Shown: positions 8,277-17,682 of the stretch, in pieces
Layout of the letters: each line of letters opens with the position of its first letter
Position numbering within the stretch: position 1 is the stretch's first letter
Assembly (NCBI GenBank): GCA_963732695.1
Contig: CAVTAP010000016.1
Location: forward strand, 101,454-165,453
Length of the DNA stretch: 64,000 nt
Direction: 5' to 3'
From: an uncultured Actinomycetota bacterium
GTDB lineage: Bacteria > Actinomycetota > Acidimicrobiia > Acidimicrobiales > SZUA-35
Made by a program: the position numbers and the translations under genes
The notes under the pieces: model-generated
Told to the model about the DNA's origin: nothing
The model's database searches: none
Seen by the model: only the letters and a program-made list of their open reading frames with translations

Positions 8277-10877
8277 TCAGGTAAGCCGGCCCAGGGAGTC
8301 GAGTTCGACGAGGAACACGTCGCCGAGGCCGAAGCCGGGCCGGTCGTAGACGTCGGGCCCAGGGTCGAAGTCCGACCCGGCCTGGTCCACACCGGCCAGC
8401 CGGAGGGTGCCGTCGGGCATGACCACGACTCCGGCGGCACCATCGGCCCCGGGACCACCGATCGCACGGGCCCACAGCAGGTCGCCCGTCACCCCGCTGT
8501 AGCTCGCCACCGGAACGTCGAAGGCGCCGCGGGCGCTGAGCGACGTGACCCCGGCTCCGGGATCGAAGTCCACCGTGCCGCCGAAGGTTCCGGTCGCCAC
8601 CACATGGCCGGACGCATCGAGGTCGAGGAGTTGCGGTCCACCGTCGAACACGTCAACCCACACGAAGTCGCCCGAAGCGGTGAGCTTGAGCAGGTACCTC
8701 GAGCTCACCCCTGGGCTGGTCCGCTGGACGGTGCCGGGGCCGGGATCGAGATCCACCGTTCCCGAGAAGAAGCCGGTGATCAACGCATCGCCGTTGGCGT
8801 CGACCGCCACGTCATCGGCGGACTCGTGGGGGAAGGCCCCAAGCTGTCGGGCCCACGTCAGCACGCCGGCGGCATCGAGCTTGACCATGAACGCATCGTT
8901 GAGGAAGGAGGCCGACGTGAGTTGAGTGACTCCCGGCCCGGTATCGAAGTCCATGGTGCCCCGGAATTGACCCGTCGCGAGGATCTCACCGGACGGTCCG
9001 ACATCCATGGCGGAGGGTCCGTTGCCCACGTTCTGGACAACCCAGACGAGGGCCCCGTCGCTGGCGTACTTCGCCACGTAGCCGTTGAGACCGCCGCCGA
9101 GGACGGTCGATCCGGCGCCGGGATCGAAATCGACGAGTCCGGTGAAGAAGCCGCCGGCCACCAGGTTGCCCGCCCCGTCGAAGGCGGCCGACAAGCCGGT
9201 GGTGGGGCCGGCATCACCGAGCTCGAACGACCAGCGGTGCGCCCCGTCGGGAGTGAACGAGGCAACGAAGGCGCTGCCACCGAAACGCCCACCAGATCGG
9301 GGGCCGCCCCCGAAGTCGACGGTTCCACTCGCTCCGCCCACTATGGCGATGTTGCCGGCGGCGTCGACGGCCACGTCGCCGATGCCGTTGATGTTCGTGG
9401 TACCGAAGGACTTCCCCCACAGGAGCTGTCCGTCCGGGCTGTACTTGGCCAGGAACACCTCGGAGAGCAGCGGGGCAGACACGTTGCGGACGCCCGGGCC
9501 GGGGTCGAGGTCGACCGTGCCGGCGAAGTGGCCGGCGACGATCGTGTTGCCGTCGCTGTCGATGGCCAGTGCGTCCGCCGTGTCGTCCTTCGGCCCGCCG
9601 ACGCGGATGGCGAACCCGTTCACCGGCGGGGCGCTGGGGTGGTAGACCAAAACCGACACCTCGGCCGGCGGGCTGTAATCCACGCCGTCGTTGACCCGGT
9701 ACGAGAACGAGTCGTCGCCCAGGAAGCCTGGATCGGCCGTGTACTGCACCGTCGCCCGGCAGGTCCCACCGAAGAAGGGCACGCTGGTGCAGGCGCTAGG
9801 GACGATCGGGGCGAGCGAGCCGTGCTGGGGCGGACTGACGATCGAGAACGTCAAGGGCTGGGATTCGGGGTCGGTGCCCACGAGGTCGACCACCGTCGAT
9901 GTGCCTTCGGCGGTTGACGCCTCGGCCGGCACCACAGCCGGCGCCTCGTTGAACACGGAGTACGGGAAGGACGACCTGACCGGCGAGGTCCGCCTGGTGT
10001 CCACGCCGACCTTGGCCGTGAGCGTGTGCTCGGAGCTGACGACGGTGGAGGCCACGGCCCCTGTCCAACGGGCCAGCACCACCGGCTCCGTCGGTGAGCC
10101 GATCGGGCCGACCGGGCCTGACTGGAACGTGCCGGTGACGGCGAACAGCGAGCCGGAGAGCGAGGACTGGGCGGCGGTGGGGGTCAGGGTCGACCGCGTG
10201 CCGTTCCAGCCACAGGCCACCACCGCATGCCCGCTGGATCCAGGTAGCAGCGGCTTGGGGTCGTTCGGGGGGCAGGGAGCGCCCGGAGCCGAATCCCCCG
10301 AGGGGTCGATGACCAACCCCTGCACCTCGAACGAGTGGAGGGTCAGGGTCAGCCCGGGAGCCTCCGCCGTGGCGCTCACCAGATCCTCGAACGAGCTCTT
10401 CTTCGACACCTTCACCGACCAGGTGCCCGACGAGTTCTGGGTGCCGGTGGCTGTGTTGGTGATGAGTTGGATCTCGTTGTTGACCTGCCCCGGCGCGATG
10501 TCGTCGGCCGTACCCGGGGCGCTGCGGTAGCGGCAGCGGGAAGCGGTGCGCTCGACGGTCCAGCCCGACGGGACCGTCTGGCATTCGCCGATCGTCTGGG
10601 ACACCGACGCCCGGGTGATCTCGATCGCTCCGATCGTGCCGGCTGAAGCGGTGTTGCGGATCGAGAACCTGAAGGGCGTCCCGAAGATGCTGTCGTTGAG
10701 CGGCTGAACGCCGGGTGTCACCGATGCCTTGGCCGACACCGACGGATCCGCTCCCACCGGAGGCACCGCCGAAACCGCAACCGTCAATGCAGCGGTGATC
10801 GCTCCCGCGATCATCAACAGCAGCCGTCGAGTACGGCCGATCCCAACCCTTACGCGCCTGTGCACCTGCTCTCCCAT
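8277..10877 (-). CDS. Large secreted protein with many SBBP-type beta-propeller repeats and a cadherin/Ig-like domain
   Basis: 866 aa with signal-like LLLMIAGAITAALTVAVSAVPPVGA. Repeated units resemble D.A.A.AVD..GN..VAG.F.GTVDFDPGPG. An Ig/cadherin-like segment reads VDLVGTDPESQPLTFSIVSPPQHGSL...DSFSYRVNDG. Confidence 0.8.
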   Translation of the reverse strand: MGEQVHRRVRVGIGRTRRLLLMIAGAITAALTVAVSAVPPVGADPSVSAKASVTPGVQPLNDSIFGTPFRFSIRNTASAGTIGAIEITRASVSQTIGECQTVPSGWTVERTASRCRYRSAPGTADDIAPGQVNNEIQLITNTATGTQNSSGTWSVKVSKKSSFEDLVSATAEAPGLTLTLHSFEVQGLVIDPSGDSAPGAPCPPNDPKPLLPGSSGHAVVACGWNGTRSTLTPTAAQSSLSGSLFAVTGTFQSGPVGPIGSPTEPVVLARWTGAVASTVVSSEHTLTAKVGVDTRRTSPVRSSFPYSVFNEAPAVVPAEASTAEGTSTVVDLVGTDPESQPLTFSIVSPPQHGSLAPIVPSACTSVPFFGGTCRATVQYTADPGFLGDDSFSYRVNDGVDYSPPAEVSVLVYHPSAPPVNGFAIRVGGPKDDTADALAIDSDGNTIVAGHFAGTVDLDPGPGVRNVSAPLLSEVFLAKYSPDGQLLWGKSFGTTNINGIGDVAVDAAGNIAIVGGASGTVDFGGGPRSGGRFGGSAFVASFTPDGAHRWSFELGDAGPTTGLSAAFDGAGNLVAGGFFTGLVDFDPGAGSTVLGGGLNGYVAKYASDGALVWVVQNVGNGPSAMDVGPSGEILATGQFRGTMDFDTGPGVTQLTSASFLNDAFMVKLDAAGVLTWARQLGAFPHESADDVAVDANGDALITGFFSGTVDLDPGPGTVQRTSPGVSSRYLLKLTASGDFVWVDVFDGGPQLLDLDASGHVVATGTFGGTVDFDPGAGVTSLSARGAFDVPVASYSGVTGDLLWARAIGGPGADGAAGVVVMPDGTLRLAGVDQAGSDFDPGPDVYDRPGFGLGDVFLVELDSLGRLT

Positions 10878-11010
10878 TCCGCCCCGTCCAACGGAACGCT
10901 CACTTCAGCAGAACGACAGGTTCCGACGCAACACGCACGAAGCGATCCGAGATGGGTGGAACCACCCAGGCGGGGGGCTCGTCGCCTCTGAAGGCTGCGG
11001 CCGATCGACC

Positions 11011-12192
11011 TCAGACCACCCGGGCCGACCGGAGGTCGGCAATCTCGTCGTCGGTGTAGCCGAGCGAGGCGAGGATCTCATCGGTGTGCTCGCCCAGCTG
11101 CGGTGCCCGTCGCTCGATCACACCGGGGGAGCCCGACATGACGACGGGGAAGCCGGCGACGGGCACGGGCTTCGGTGCACCCGGGTAGTCGATCGGGTTG
11201 AACACGCCGATCTGGCTCACATGCGGCTCGTCCAGTGCCTGCTGCGGTGAGTAAACGGGCCCGCCCGGCACCTTCAGGGTCTCCATGGCCGCCAGCACCT
11301 CGGCCGTGGTGCGGCTGGCGCACCACTCCCCCATGATCGCCGACAGCGCAGCGCCGTTGTCGCCCCGGGCCAGGTCGTCCTTGAACCGCTCGTCGTGGAC
11401 GAGCTCGGGCCTCCCGACGAGCTGGGACCAACGCTCGAACTGGTACGGGCCGATGACCGCCACGAGCACCCAGCCGTCCTTCGTCTTGAAGGTGTCGGAC
11501 GGGCCGGCGGTCTGGCCCCGGTTGTGCGTCGACACCCGGTCCACCCCGAGCAGGTCCTGCTCGATCAGGGTCGGGCCCATCCACGTGAGCGCTGTGCGAA
11601 GCAGCGCGCCTTCGATGAACTGGCCCTCCCCCGTCTGGTCCCGGTGCATCAGCGCCGCCATGGTGGCGAACGCCGACAGGGTGGCCGTCGAGAAGTCGAC
11701 GTACGGCGCGGTGGCCCGGCTCGGCTCCCCTGGGGGACCGGACAGGTAGATGTTGCCCGAGGCGGCCTGGGCCAGCCCGTCGAAGCCGACCTTGTTGCTC
11801 CAGTCGCCGCCTGAGGCGAACGCGGTGACGGTGGTGAGGATGATGTCGGGCTTGATCGCCTTCAGCGACCCGTAGTCGAGGCCCATCGTCACCAGCGTCT
11901 CGGGCGGGAGGTTGGCGATCACGACGTCGGCCGTGCGCACGAGCCGGGCGACGACCTCCCGGCCCTCCGGCTTGACCGGGTTGAGCGTGAGGCAGCGCTT
12001 GTTCCGGTTGCACTGCAGGAACATCGCCCCGACGCCGTCGGACGTGACCGGGGCGACCCAGCGATCTTCCCCACCGTCGACCCGCTCGACGCGGATCACA
12101 TCGGCGCCCATGTCGCCGAGGAGCGCCCCACACCACGGACCAGCGATGTACCGACCGAAGTCGACGACCCGAACGCCAGACAACACACCCAT
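11011..12192 (-). CDS. Family III CoA-transferase (CaiB/BaiF family)
   Basis: 393 aa. The N-terminus LSGVRVVDFGRYIAGPWCGALLGDMGADVIRVE is typical of the family. Confidence 0.9.
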   Translation of the reverse strand: MGVLSGVRVVDFGRYIAGPWCGALLGDMGADVIRVERVDGGEDRWVAPVTSDGVGAMFLQCNRNKRCLTLNPVKPEGREVVARLVRTADVVIANLPPETLVTMGLDYGSLKAIKPDIILTTVTAFASGGDWSNKVGFDGLAQAASGNIYLSGPPGEPSRATAPYVDFSTATLSAFATMAALMHRDQTGEGQFIEGALLRTALTWMGPTLIEQDLLGVDRVSTHNRGQTAGPSDTFKTKDGWVLVAVIGPYQFERWSQLVGRPELVHDERFKDDLARGDNGAALSAIMGEWCASRTTAEVLAAMETLKVPGGPVYSPQQALDEPHVSQIGVFNPIDYPGAPKPVPVAGFPVVMSGSPGVIERRAPQLGEHTDEILASLGYTDDEIADLRSARVV

Positions 12193-12299
12193 CGGAGTAC
12201 TCCCTGCTCACTTGCTCGCTGCGGCCCCCGCCGAGACCCCCACCGTAGTTCTCTACCGAATAGTCCGCCGCTCAGCGGTGGCGGCGGACCGCACCCGCC

Positions 12300-12322
12300 G
12301 CAATTTCCCGCGGGAAAATTGC
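12300..12322. repeat. Palindrome gcaatttcccgcgggaaaattgc, 5' flank of the HNH gene
   Basis: Near-perfect palindrome centred on CCCGCGGG. A related palindrome lies at 13627-13650. A CCGCCGC/GCGGCGG hairpin sits just upstream, around 12266-12288. Confidence 0.8.
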
Positions 12323-12362
12323 GGCCTGACCGGCCCGATCTCAGTGTCACACCCCCTGCCTA

Positions 12363-13616
12363 GTGTCATCGACGAGGCCGAGATGCGGCCGGCGATCCGG
12401 GGGGATGGCGATGGTGACCGCGGTGACGATGGCGGCGGAGACGGCGGGGGATCCGCCTGAGTTGACAGGCGAGGGGCTGGAGGCGGCGTTGGTGGGGGCC
12501 GCCGCGATGGAGGCGGCGTCGAAGGCCCGGTTCCTGGCGCTGCTCGACGAGTTCATGGCCCGCCAGGGCTGGGAGGCGTCGGGCTGCGTCAGCGCCGTGC
12601 AGTGGCTGTCGTGGCGGTGCGGGCTGGGGCCGACGGCGGCCAGCGAGCACATCCGGGTGGCCACCGCCCTTCGGGAGCTGCCGGCGATCTCGGCCGCCCT
12701 GGCCTCGGGGGCGATCACCTGGTCCAAGGTGCGGGCCGTCACCCGCATCGCCAAGCCGGCCGACGAGATCATCTGGCTCGACGTGGCCCGCAACGGCACC
12801 GCCGCCCACGTCGAGCAGATCGTGCGCACCCAGCGGCGCATCAAGGGCAGCCAGGCCGACCACCAGGAGGCCACCCGCTCGCTCAGCTGGCGCCAAGCTG
12901 ACGACGACGACGGCTCGCTGGTCTTCGTGTTACGGATCCCGGCCGCCGAGGGCGCCGCCGTCGCCGCCGCCGTGGCGGAGCGCACCGCCCCTGGCGAGGG
13001 CGTGCCGATCGCCGCCCGTCGGGCCGATGCCCTGGTGAAGCTGCTCCTGGGGCCGGAGATCGCCACGCCGACCGTCACCATCGTCACCACCGCCGACGCC
13101 CTGGCCGGAACCGGCGACGACCAGGGGGAGCCGTGCGCCACCGACACCGGCTTCGCCATCGATCCCGGCACCGCGGCAGCCGCCGCCTGCGACGGACCGG
13201 TGATCGCCACCGACGCCGACGGGCGGTACCGCCAGCAGCGGTACCCCACCGCCGCCACCCGCCGGCTGCTAGCCCTACGGGATCCGACCTGCCGGTTCCC
13301 GGGATGTCATCACACCGGTCGGCGGGAAGCCCACCACCTCCTCCACTGGATCCACGGCGGATCTCGCCAGCCCGACAATCTCGTCCTGCTCTGCCCCGGC
13401 CATCACCGCCTCATCCATCGGCGCAACCTCACACTCGTTCTCCTCGCCGACGGGACCGTCACGGCCCGGGCATCGGATGGGCAGCCACTGCACGCCCCAC
13501 TCGTCGCCGTGGCACAACCGCGGCCCGAACCGACGGCGGATCCGGTGCCGAACTGGGACGGTGAGCGCCTCGACCACCACTGGATCGCCACCTGCCTGGC
13601 CGAGTCGACGGCCTGA
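12363..13616 (+). CDS. HNH endonuclease with a DUF222-type N-terminal domain (13E12-repeat-like family)
   Basis: 417 aa. The DUF222-like part reads ...QGWEASGCVSAVQWLSWRCGLGPTAASEHIRVATAL. The HNH part reads CRFPGC...EAHHLLHWIHGG...NLVLLCPGHHRLIHR. An alternative ATG start lies at 12405. Confidence 0.85.
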   Translation: MSSTRPRCGRRSGGMAMVTAVTMAAETAGDPPELTGEGLEAALVGAAAMEAASKARFLALLDEFMARQGWEASGCVSAVQWLSWRCGLGPTAASEHIRVATALRELPAISAALASGAITWSKVRAVTRIAKPADEIIWLDVARNGTAAHVEQIVRTQRRIKGSQADHQEATRSLSWRQADDDDGSLVFVLRIPAAEGAAVAAAVAERTAPGEGVPIAARRADALVKLLLGPEIATPTVTIVTTADALAGTGDDQGEPCATDTGFAIDPGTAAAAACDGPVIATDADGRYRQQRYPTAATRRLLALRDPTCRFPGCHHTGRREAHHLLHWIHGGSRQPDNLVLLCPGHHRLIHRRNLTLVLLADGTVTARASDGQPLHAPLVAVAQPRPEPTADPVPNWDGERLDHHWIATCLAESTA

Positions 13617-13626
13617 GCCCGCCCCG

Positions 13627-13650
13627 CCCGATTTCCCGCGGGAAATCGGG
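13627..13650. repeat. Palindrome cccgatttcccgcgggaaatcggg, 3' flank of the HNH gene
   Basis: Perfect 24-bp palindrome that shares the core ATTTCCCGCGGGAAAT with the 12300-12322 element. Confidence 0.8.
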
Positions 13651-13860
13651 CGCCCTCCTCGCCGGCGCCTCAGCGAAGGACCCGGACGGACAGCGCATCC
13701 GGAGCAGGCGGAACACGGCCCCTGGACCAGGAGAAGGCTCCAGTAGCCGGTCAGGAGCACGTGAGCTCGATCACCAGGAACCCGAAGTCGATCCCGGCGG
13801 CCACGAACGCCGCCCCGGCCGCCGCGGTTGCCGGCTTCGCCCCGAGGGTAGGGTGCACCG

Positions 13861-16245
13861 ATGCCCGAGGCTCCGCCGGCTGCGGCCGCCCACCCCACCC
13901 ATCCCGCCGACAGCCACGACCTCATTCGGGTGCACGGCGCCCGGGAGAACAACCTCAAGAACGTGAGCCTCGCCATCCCCAAGCGCCGTCTCACCGTGTT
14001 CACCGGTGTGTCGGGATCGGGCAAGAGCTCGCTCGTGTTCGACACGATCGCAGCCGAATCGCAACGGCTCATCAACGAGACCTACAGCACCTTCGTGCAG
14101 GGTTTCATGCCCACGCTGGCCCGGCCCGAGGTCGACGTGCTCGACGGCCTCACCACCGCCATCATCGTGGACCAACAGCGCATGGGGGTCGACGCCCGCT
14201 CCACCGTCGGCACCGCCACCGACGCCAACGCCCTCCTGCGCATCCTGTTCAGCCGGCTCGGCCAACCCCACGTCGGCCCGCCCAACGCTTTCTCGTTCAA
14301 CGTGGCCTCGGTGCGGGCCAGCGGGTCGATCACGGTCGACAAGGGCGGGGCCAAAGCCGAGAAGGTGGCGTTCAACCGGGCCGGCGGCATGTGCCCCCGG
14401 TGCGAGGGCCTGGGCTCCGTCACCGACTTCGACCTCACCCAGCTCTACGACGACTCGAAGAGCCTCCGCCAGGCAGCGCTCACCATTCCCGGCTACAGCA
14501 TGGAGGGCTGGTACGGACGGATCTTCCTCGGCTGCGGCTTCTTCGACCCCGACAAGCCGATCCGGAAGTACACCAAGCGGGAACTCCACGACCTCCTGCA
14601 CAAAGAGCCGACCCGGATCAAGGTGGACGGCATCAACGTCACCTACGAGGGGCTGATCCCCCGCATCCAGAAGTCGTTCCTGTCCAAGGACGTGGACGCC
14701 ATGCAGCCCCACATCCGGGCCTTCGTGGAGCGGGCGATCACCTTCACCGCCTGCCCCGACTGCAGTGGCAGCCGCCTCAACGAGGCCGCCCGCAGCTCCC
14801 GCATCGCCGGCCTCAACATCGCCCAGGCCTGCTCCCTGCAGATCAGCGACCTCGCCGGCTGGGTGCAGGGCCTCGACGAGCCGACGGTGGGCCCGCTGGT
14901 GGAGACCCTGCAACGGACGTTGGCCGCCTTCGTGGAGATCGGCCTCGGCTACCTGAGCCTGGATCGCCCGTCGGGCACCCTGTCGGGCGGCGAGTCGCAG
15001 CGGACCAAGATGATCCGGCAGCTCGGCTCGTCGCTCACCGACGTCACCTACGTCTTCGACGAGCCCACCGTGGGCCTCCACCCCCACGACATCCAGCGGA
15101 TGAACGACCTCCTGCTCCAGCTGCGGGACAAGGGCAACACGGTGCTGGTGGTGGAGCACAAGCCCGAGGTGATGGCGATCGCCGATCACCTGGTCGACCT
15201 GGGCCCGGGAGCGGGCACGGCCGGGGGCGAGGTGGTGTTCGAAGGGACGATCGACGGGCTACGGGCCAGCGGCACCCGCACCGGCCGCCACCTCGACGAC
15301 CGGGCCCGACTCAAGCCGACGGAGCGGACCCCGTCGGGCCTCCTGGAGATCAGGGGCGCCGCCACCAACAACCTGCGTTCGGTGGACGTGGACATCCCCC
15401 TCGGGGTGCTGGTGGTGATCACCGGCGTGGCCGGGTCCGGGAAGAGCTCCCTCATCCACGGCTCGGTGGCCCCCCGGGACGGGGTGGTGACGGTGGACCA
15501 GGCCCCCATCCGGGGCTCCCGCCGCAGCAACCCGGCCACCTACACCAGCCTCCTGGAGCCCATCCGCAAGGCGTTCGCCAAGGCCAACGGTGTGAAGCCG
15601 GCGCTGTTCAGCGCCAACTCGGAGGGCGCCTGCCCGGTCTGCAACGGCGCCGGAGTGATCTACACCGACCTGGCCGTGATGGCCGGCGTGGCCACCACCT
15701 GCGAGGAGTGCGAGGGGAAGCGATTCCAGGCGTCGGTCCTCGAGTACCACTTCGGCGGACTCGACATCGCCCAGGTGCTGGCCCTGCCGGTGGCCGACGC
15801 CGTCGACTTCTTCGGCCACGGCGAGGCCCGCATCCCGGCCGCCCACACCATCCTGGGCCGGCTGGCCGACGTGGGCCTGGGCTATCTCAGCCTGGGCCAG
15901 CCCCTCACCACGCTGTCGGGAGGCGAGCGCCAGCGGCTCAAGCTGGCCACCCGCATGGCGGACAAGGGCGGCCTCTACGTGCTCGACGAGCCCACCAGCG
16001 GCCTCCATCTGGCCGATGTGGAGCAGCTCCTCGGTCTGCTCGACCGCCTGGTGGACGGGGGCAAGTCGGTGATCGTGATCGAGCACCACCAGGCCGTCAT
16101 GGCCCACGCCGACTGGATCGTCGACCTCGGCCCGGGCGCCGGCCACGACGGAGGCCGGGTGGTGTTCGAGGGCACACCGGCCGACCTGGTGGCCGACCGC
16201 TCCACCCTCACCGGCCAGCACCTGGCGGCATACGTGGCGGGCTGA
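13861..16245 (+). CDS. UvrA-like excinuclease ATPase paralog (short, class II-type UvrA)
   Basis: 794 aa. IRVHGARENNLKNVSLAIPKRRLTVFTGVSGSGKSSLVFDTI, two ABC modules (LSGGESQR, LSGGERQR) and zinc-finger Cys pairs. It is shorter than canonical UvrA, which is about 940-1000 aa. Confidence 0.9.
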   Translation: MPEAPPAAAAHPTHPADSHDLIRVHGARENNLKNVSLAIPKRRLTVFTGVSGSGKSSLVFDTIAAESQRLINETYSTFVQGFMPTLARPEVDVLDGLTTAIIVDQQRMGVDARSTVGTATDANALLRILFSRLGQPHVGPPNAFSFNVASVRASGSITVDKGGAKAEKVAFNRAGGMCPRCEGLGSVTDFDLTQLYDDSKSLRQAALTIPGYSMEGWYGRIFLGCGFFDPDKPIRKYTKRELHDLLHKEPTRIKVDGINVTYEGLIPRIQKSFLSKDVDAMQPHIRAFVERAITFTACPDCSGSRLNEAARSSRIAGLNIAQACSLQISDLAGWVQGLDEPTVGPLVETLQRTLAAFVEIGLGYLSLDRPSGTLSGGESQRTKMIRQLGSSLTDVTYVFDEPTVGLHPHDIQRMNDLLLQLRDKGNTVLVVEHKPEVMAIADHLVDLGPGAGTAGGEVVFEGTIDGLRASGTRTGRHLDDRARLKPTERTPSGLLEIRGAATNNLRSVDVDIPLGVLVVITGVAGSGKSSLIHGSVAPRDGVVTVDQAPIRGSRRSNPATYTSLLEPIRKAFAKANGVKPALFSANSEGACPVCNGAGVIYTDLAVMAGVATTCEECEGKRFQASVLEYHFGGLDIAQVLALPVADAVDFFGHGEARIPAAHTILGRLADVGLGYLSLGQPLTTLSGGERQRLKLATRMADKGGLYVLDEPTSGLHLADVEQLLGLLDRLVDGGKSVIVIEHHQAVMAHADWIVDLGPGAGHDGGRVVFEGTPADLVADRSTLTGQHLAAYVAG

Positions 16246-16250
16246 CCGGA

Positions 16251-16270
16251 CGGGGGCATCGCCGCCCCCG
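16251..16270. terminator. GC hairpin between convergent genes
   Basis: cgggggc-atcgcc-gcccccg lies between the uvrA-like stop (16245) and the stop of the minus-strand gene (16279). Confidence 0.45.
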
Positions 16271-16278
16271 ACCGGGGA

Positions 16279-17682
16279 TCAGCGGCAGACGTCGCCGTTG
16301 TCGAGGCTGGCGCCGGTCTCCAGGACCTTGTTACCGGAGCGGTGCCAGCCATCGGTGGGGCCGCCGGCGTAGGAGTTGTTGGTGGTGTACCAGACACCCC
16401 ATTTGCCCACGCAGCCGTGCACGTACGTGCTGAACACGTTGTTGGTGAACGAGATGTTGGTGACCGAGTTGCCGCCGCCGGGCGACGCCTGGCTGGGGTG
16501 GTAGTCGTTGGCGAAGACCACCCACTCGGCGCCAGCGAACAGGTTGCCCGTGATCTGGATGTTGGTGGCGTTCTTCTCCCCGTCCCAGATGGCGATGGCG
16601 GCGTTGGCCGTGTCCTTCATCAGGAAGGTGTTGTGGGAGATGACGCCGTTCGACGTGCCCTCGGTCTGGAAGCCGTCGATGTGGCCGTTGGCGGCGTTGT
16701 GGGTGAAGCCGTGGAAATAGCTGTTCTTGATGGTGAAGTTGTCGCCGGAGGTGGCCGAGTAGGCCAGCCGGGCGAAGGCGAAGACACCGTCGTCGGTGCC
16801 GTGGCAGTTCAGGGCGTCGATCACCACCGACACGCCCTGGTGCCACACACAGGTGTGGGTGTGGTCCATCCCGTCGACCTCGACGTGCTCGATCGTGGCC
16901 GAGCCGCCGTCGTTGACCACGATGGCCCCGCCGCCCGTGCCGCCTCCCCCGTCGAAGGTGACGATGGTGTCCCGAACCGTCACGTTGGCGGCCTGGATGA
17001 CCAGGTTGCCCGAGATGCGCTGGCAGCTGATCACCGTGTTGGGGGTGGTGATCGACGTCGAGCCGGTGACGCTGTTGCCGGCGTAGGTGAACCCGTTGGG
17101 GCAGTTGGCCGTGCGGGCCCCGGTATTGCCGGCGCCCGGCCAGCCGCACCCCTCGAGGTTGCCCCAGGGATTCGTGCAGTTACCCGACGGCGGCGGCGTG
17201 GTGGCCGGTGGCTTGGTGGTGGCGGGGGCCTTCGTGGTGGGCGGGGCCGTGGGCTTGGTGGTGGGCGCGGCCGTGGACCCGGTGGTACCCGCACCGGTGC
17301 CGGCGGCTGAACTGCCGGGCGCGCCCGGCGCGCCGGCCGCACCGTCGCTGGCGCCAGGCTGGGCGGCGGCACCGTCGGCCGTGGTGGTGGCGGTGGCAGC
17401 CGCCTGCTCGTCGGCCGGGAGCCCGGCGGCGGCGCCACCGGGGAGGGTGGGGCTCGTCTCGATCAGGTCGAGGGCGTCGACCGGGGCCGGGATGTCGGCG
17501 CTGCGGGCGACGATGTCGTCTTCGGCCCCGGTGATCTCGGGGGCCGATGCGTCGCCGATGGTCTCGAGCTCGGAGCCTTCATCGTGGTTCCAGGCCACAG
17601 AGGTGGCGATCAGGGCCACGATGGCCGCCAGGATCGCCAGGGGCACATACCGACCGCGAAGCAGGTTGGGACAAGAGATCAC
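16279..17682 (-). CDS. Membrane-anchored protein with an Ala/Pro/Thr-rich linker and a right-handed parallel beta-helix domain (start trimmed)
   Basis: The GTG at 17682 is preceded by GGAGGA about 9 nt upstream. A TM helix reads YVPLAILAAIVALIATSVAW. The linker reads TTKPTAPPTTKAPATTKPPATTPPP. Beta-helix-like repeats include NVTVRDTIV, GSATIEHVEVDG and FTIKNSYFHGF. The first 146 codons of the track ORF are Arg/Pro/Gly-rich and are rejected. Confidence 0.7.
   Translation of the reverse strand: MISCPNLLRGRYVPLAILAAIVALIATSVAWNHDEGSELETIGDASAPEITGAEDDIVARSADIPAPVDALDLIETSPTLPGGAAAGLPADEQAAATATTTADGAAAQPGASDGAAGAPGAPGSSAAGTGAGTTGSTAAPTTKPTAPPTTKAPATTKPPATTPPPSGNCTNPWGNLEGCGWPGAGNTGARTANCPNGFTYAGNSVTGSTSITTPNTVISCQRISGNLVIQAANVTVRDTIVTFDGGGGTGGGAIVVNDGGSATIEHVEVDGMDHTHTCVWHQGVSVVIDALNCHGTDDGVFAFARLAYSATSGDNFTIKNSYFHGFTHNAANGHIDGFQTEGTSNGVISHNTFLMKDTANAAIAIWDGEKNATNIQITGNLFAGAEWVVFANDYHPSQASPGGGNSVTNISFTNNVFSTYVHGCVGKWGVWYTTNNSYAGGPTDGWHRSGNKVLETGASLDNGDVCR

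Noticed and set aside
8172-9917. 581-aa plus-strand ORF, together with several 60-190-aa ORFs in the same region
   Set aside because: They are antisense or off-frame to the well-supported SBBP repeat protein gene. They are Gly/Arg/Glu-rich with no family resemblance.
12347-13258. 303-aa minus-strand ORF
   Set aside because: It is antisense to the HNH/DUF222 gene and is Ala/Ser/Pro/Arg-rich low complexity.
13761-16433. 890-aa plus-strand ORF, together with the 472-aa and 320-aa minus-strand ORFs over the same DNA
   Set aside because: They are off-frame or antisense to the clearly homologous UvrA-like frame (13861..16245), with Arg/Pro/Gly-dominated composition.
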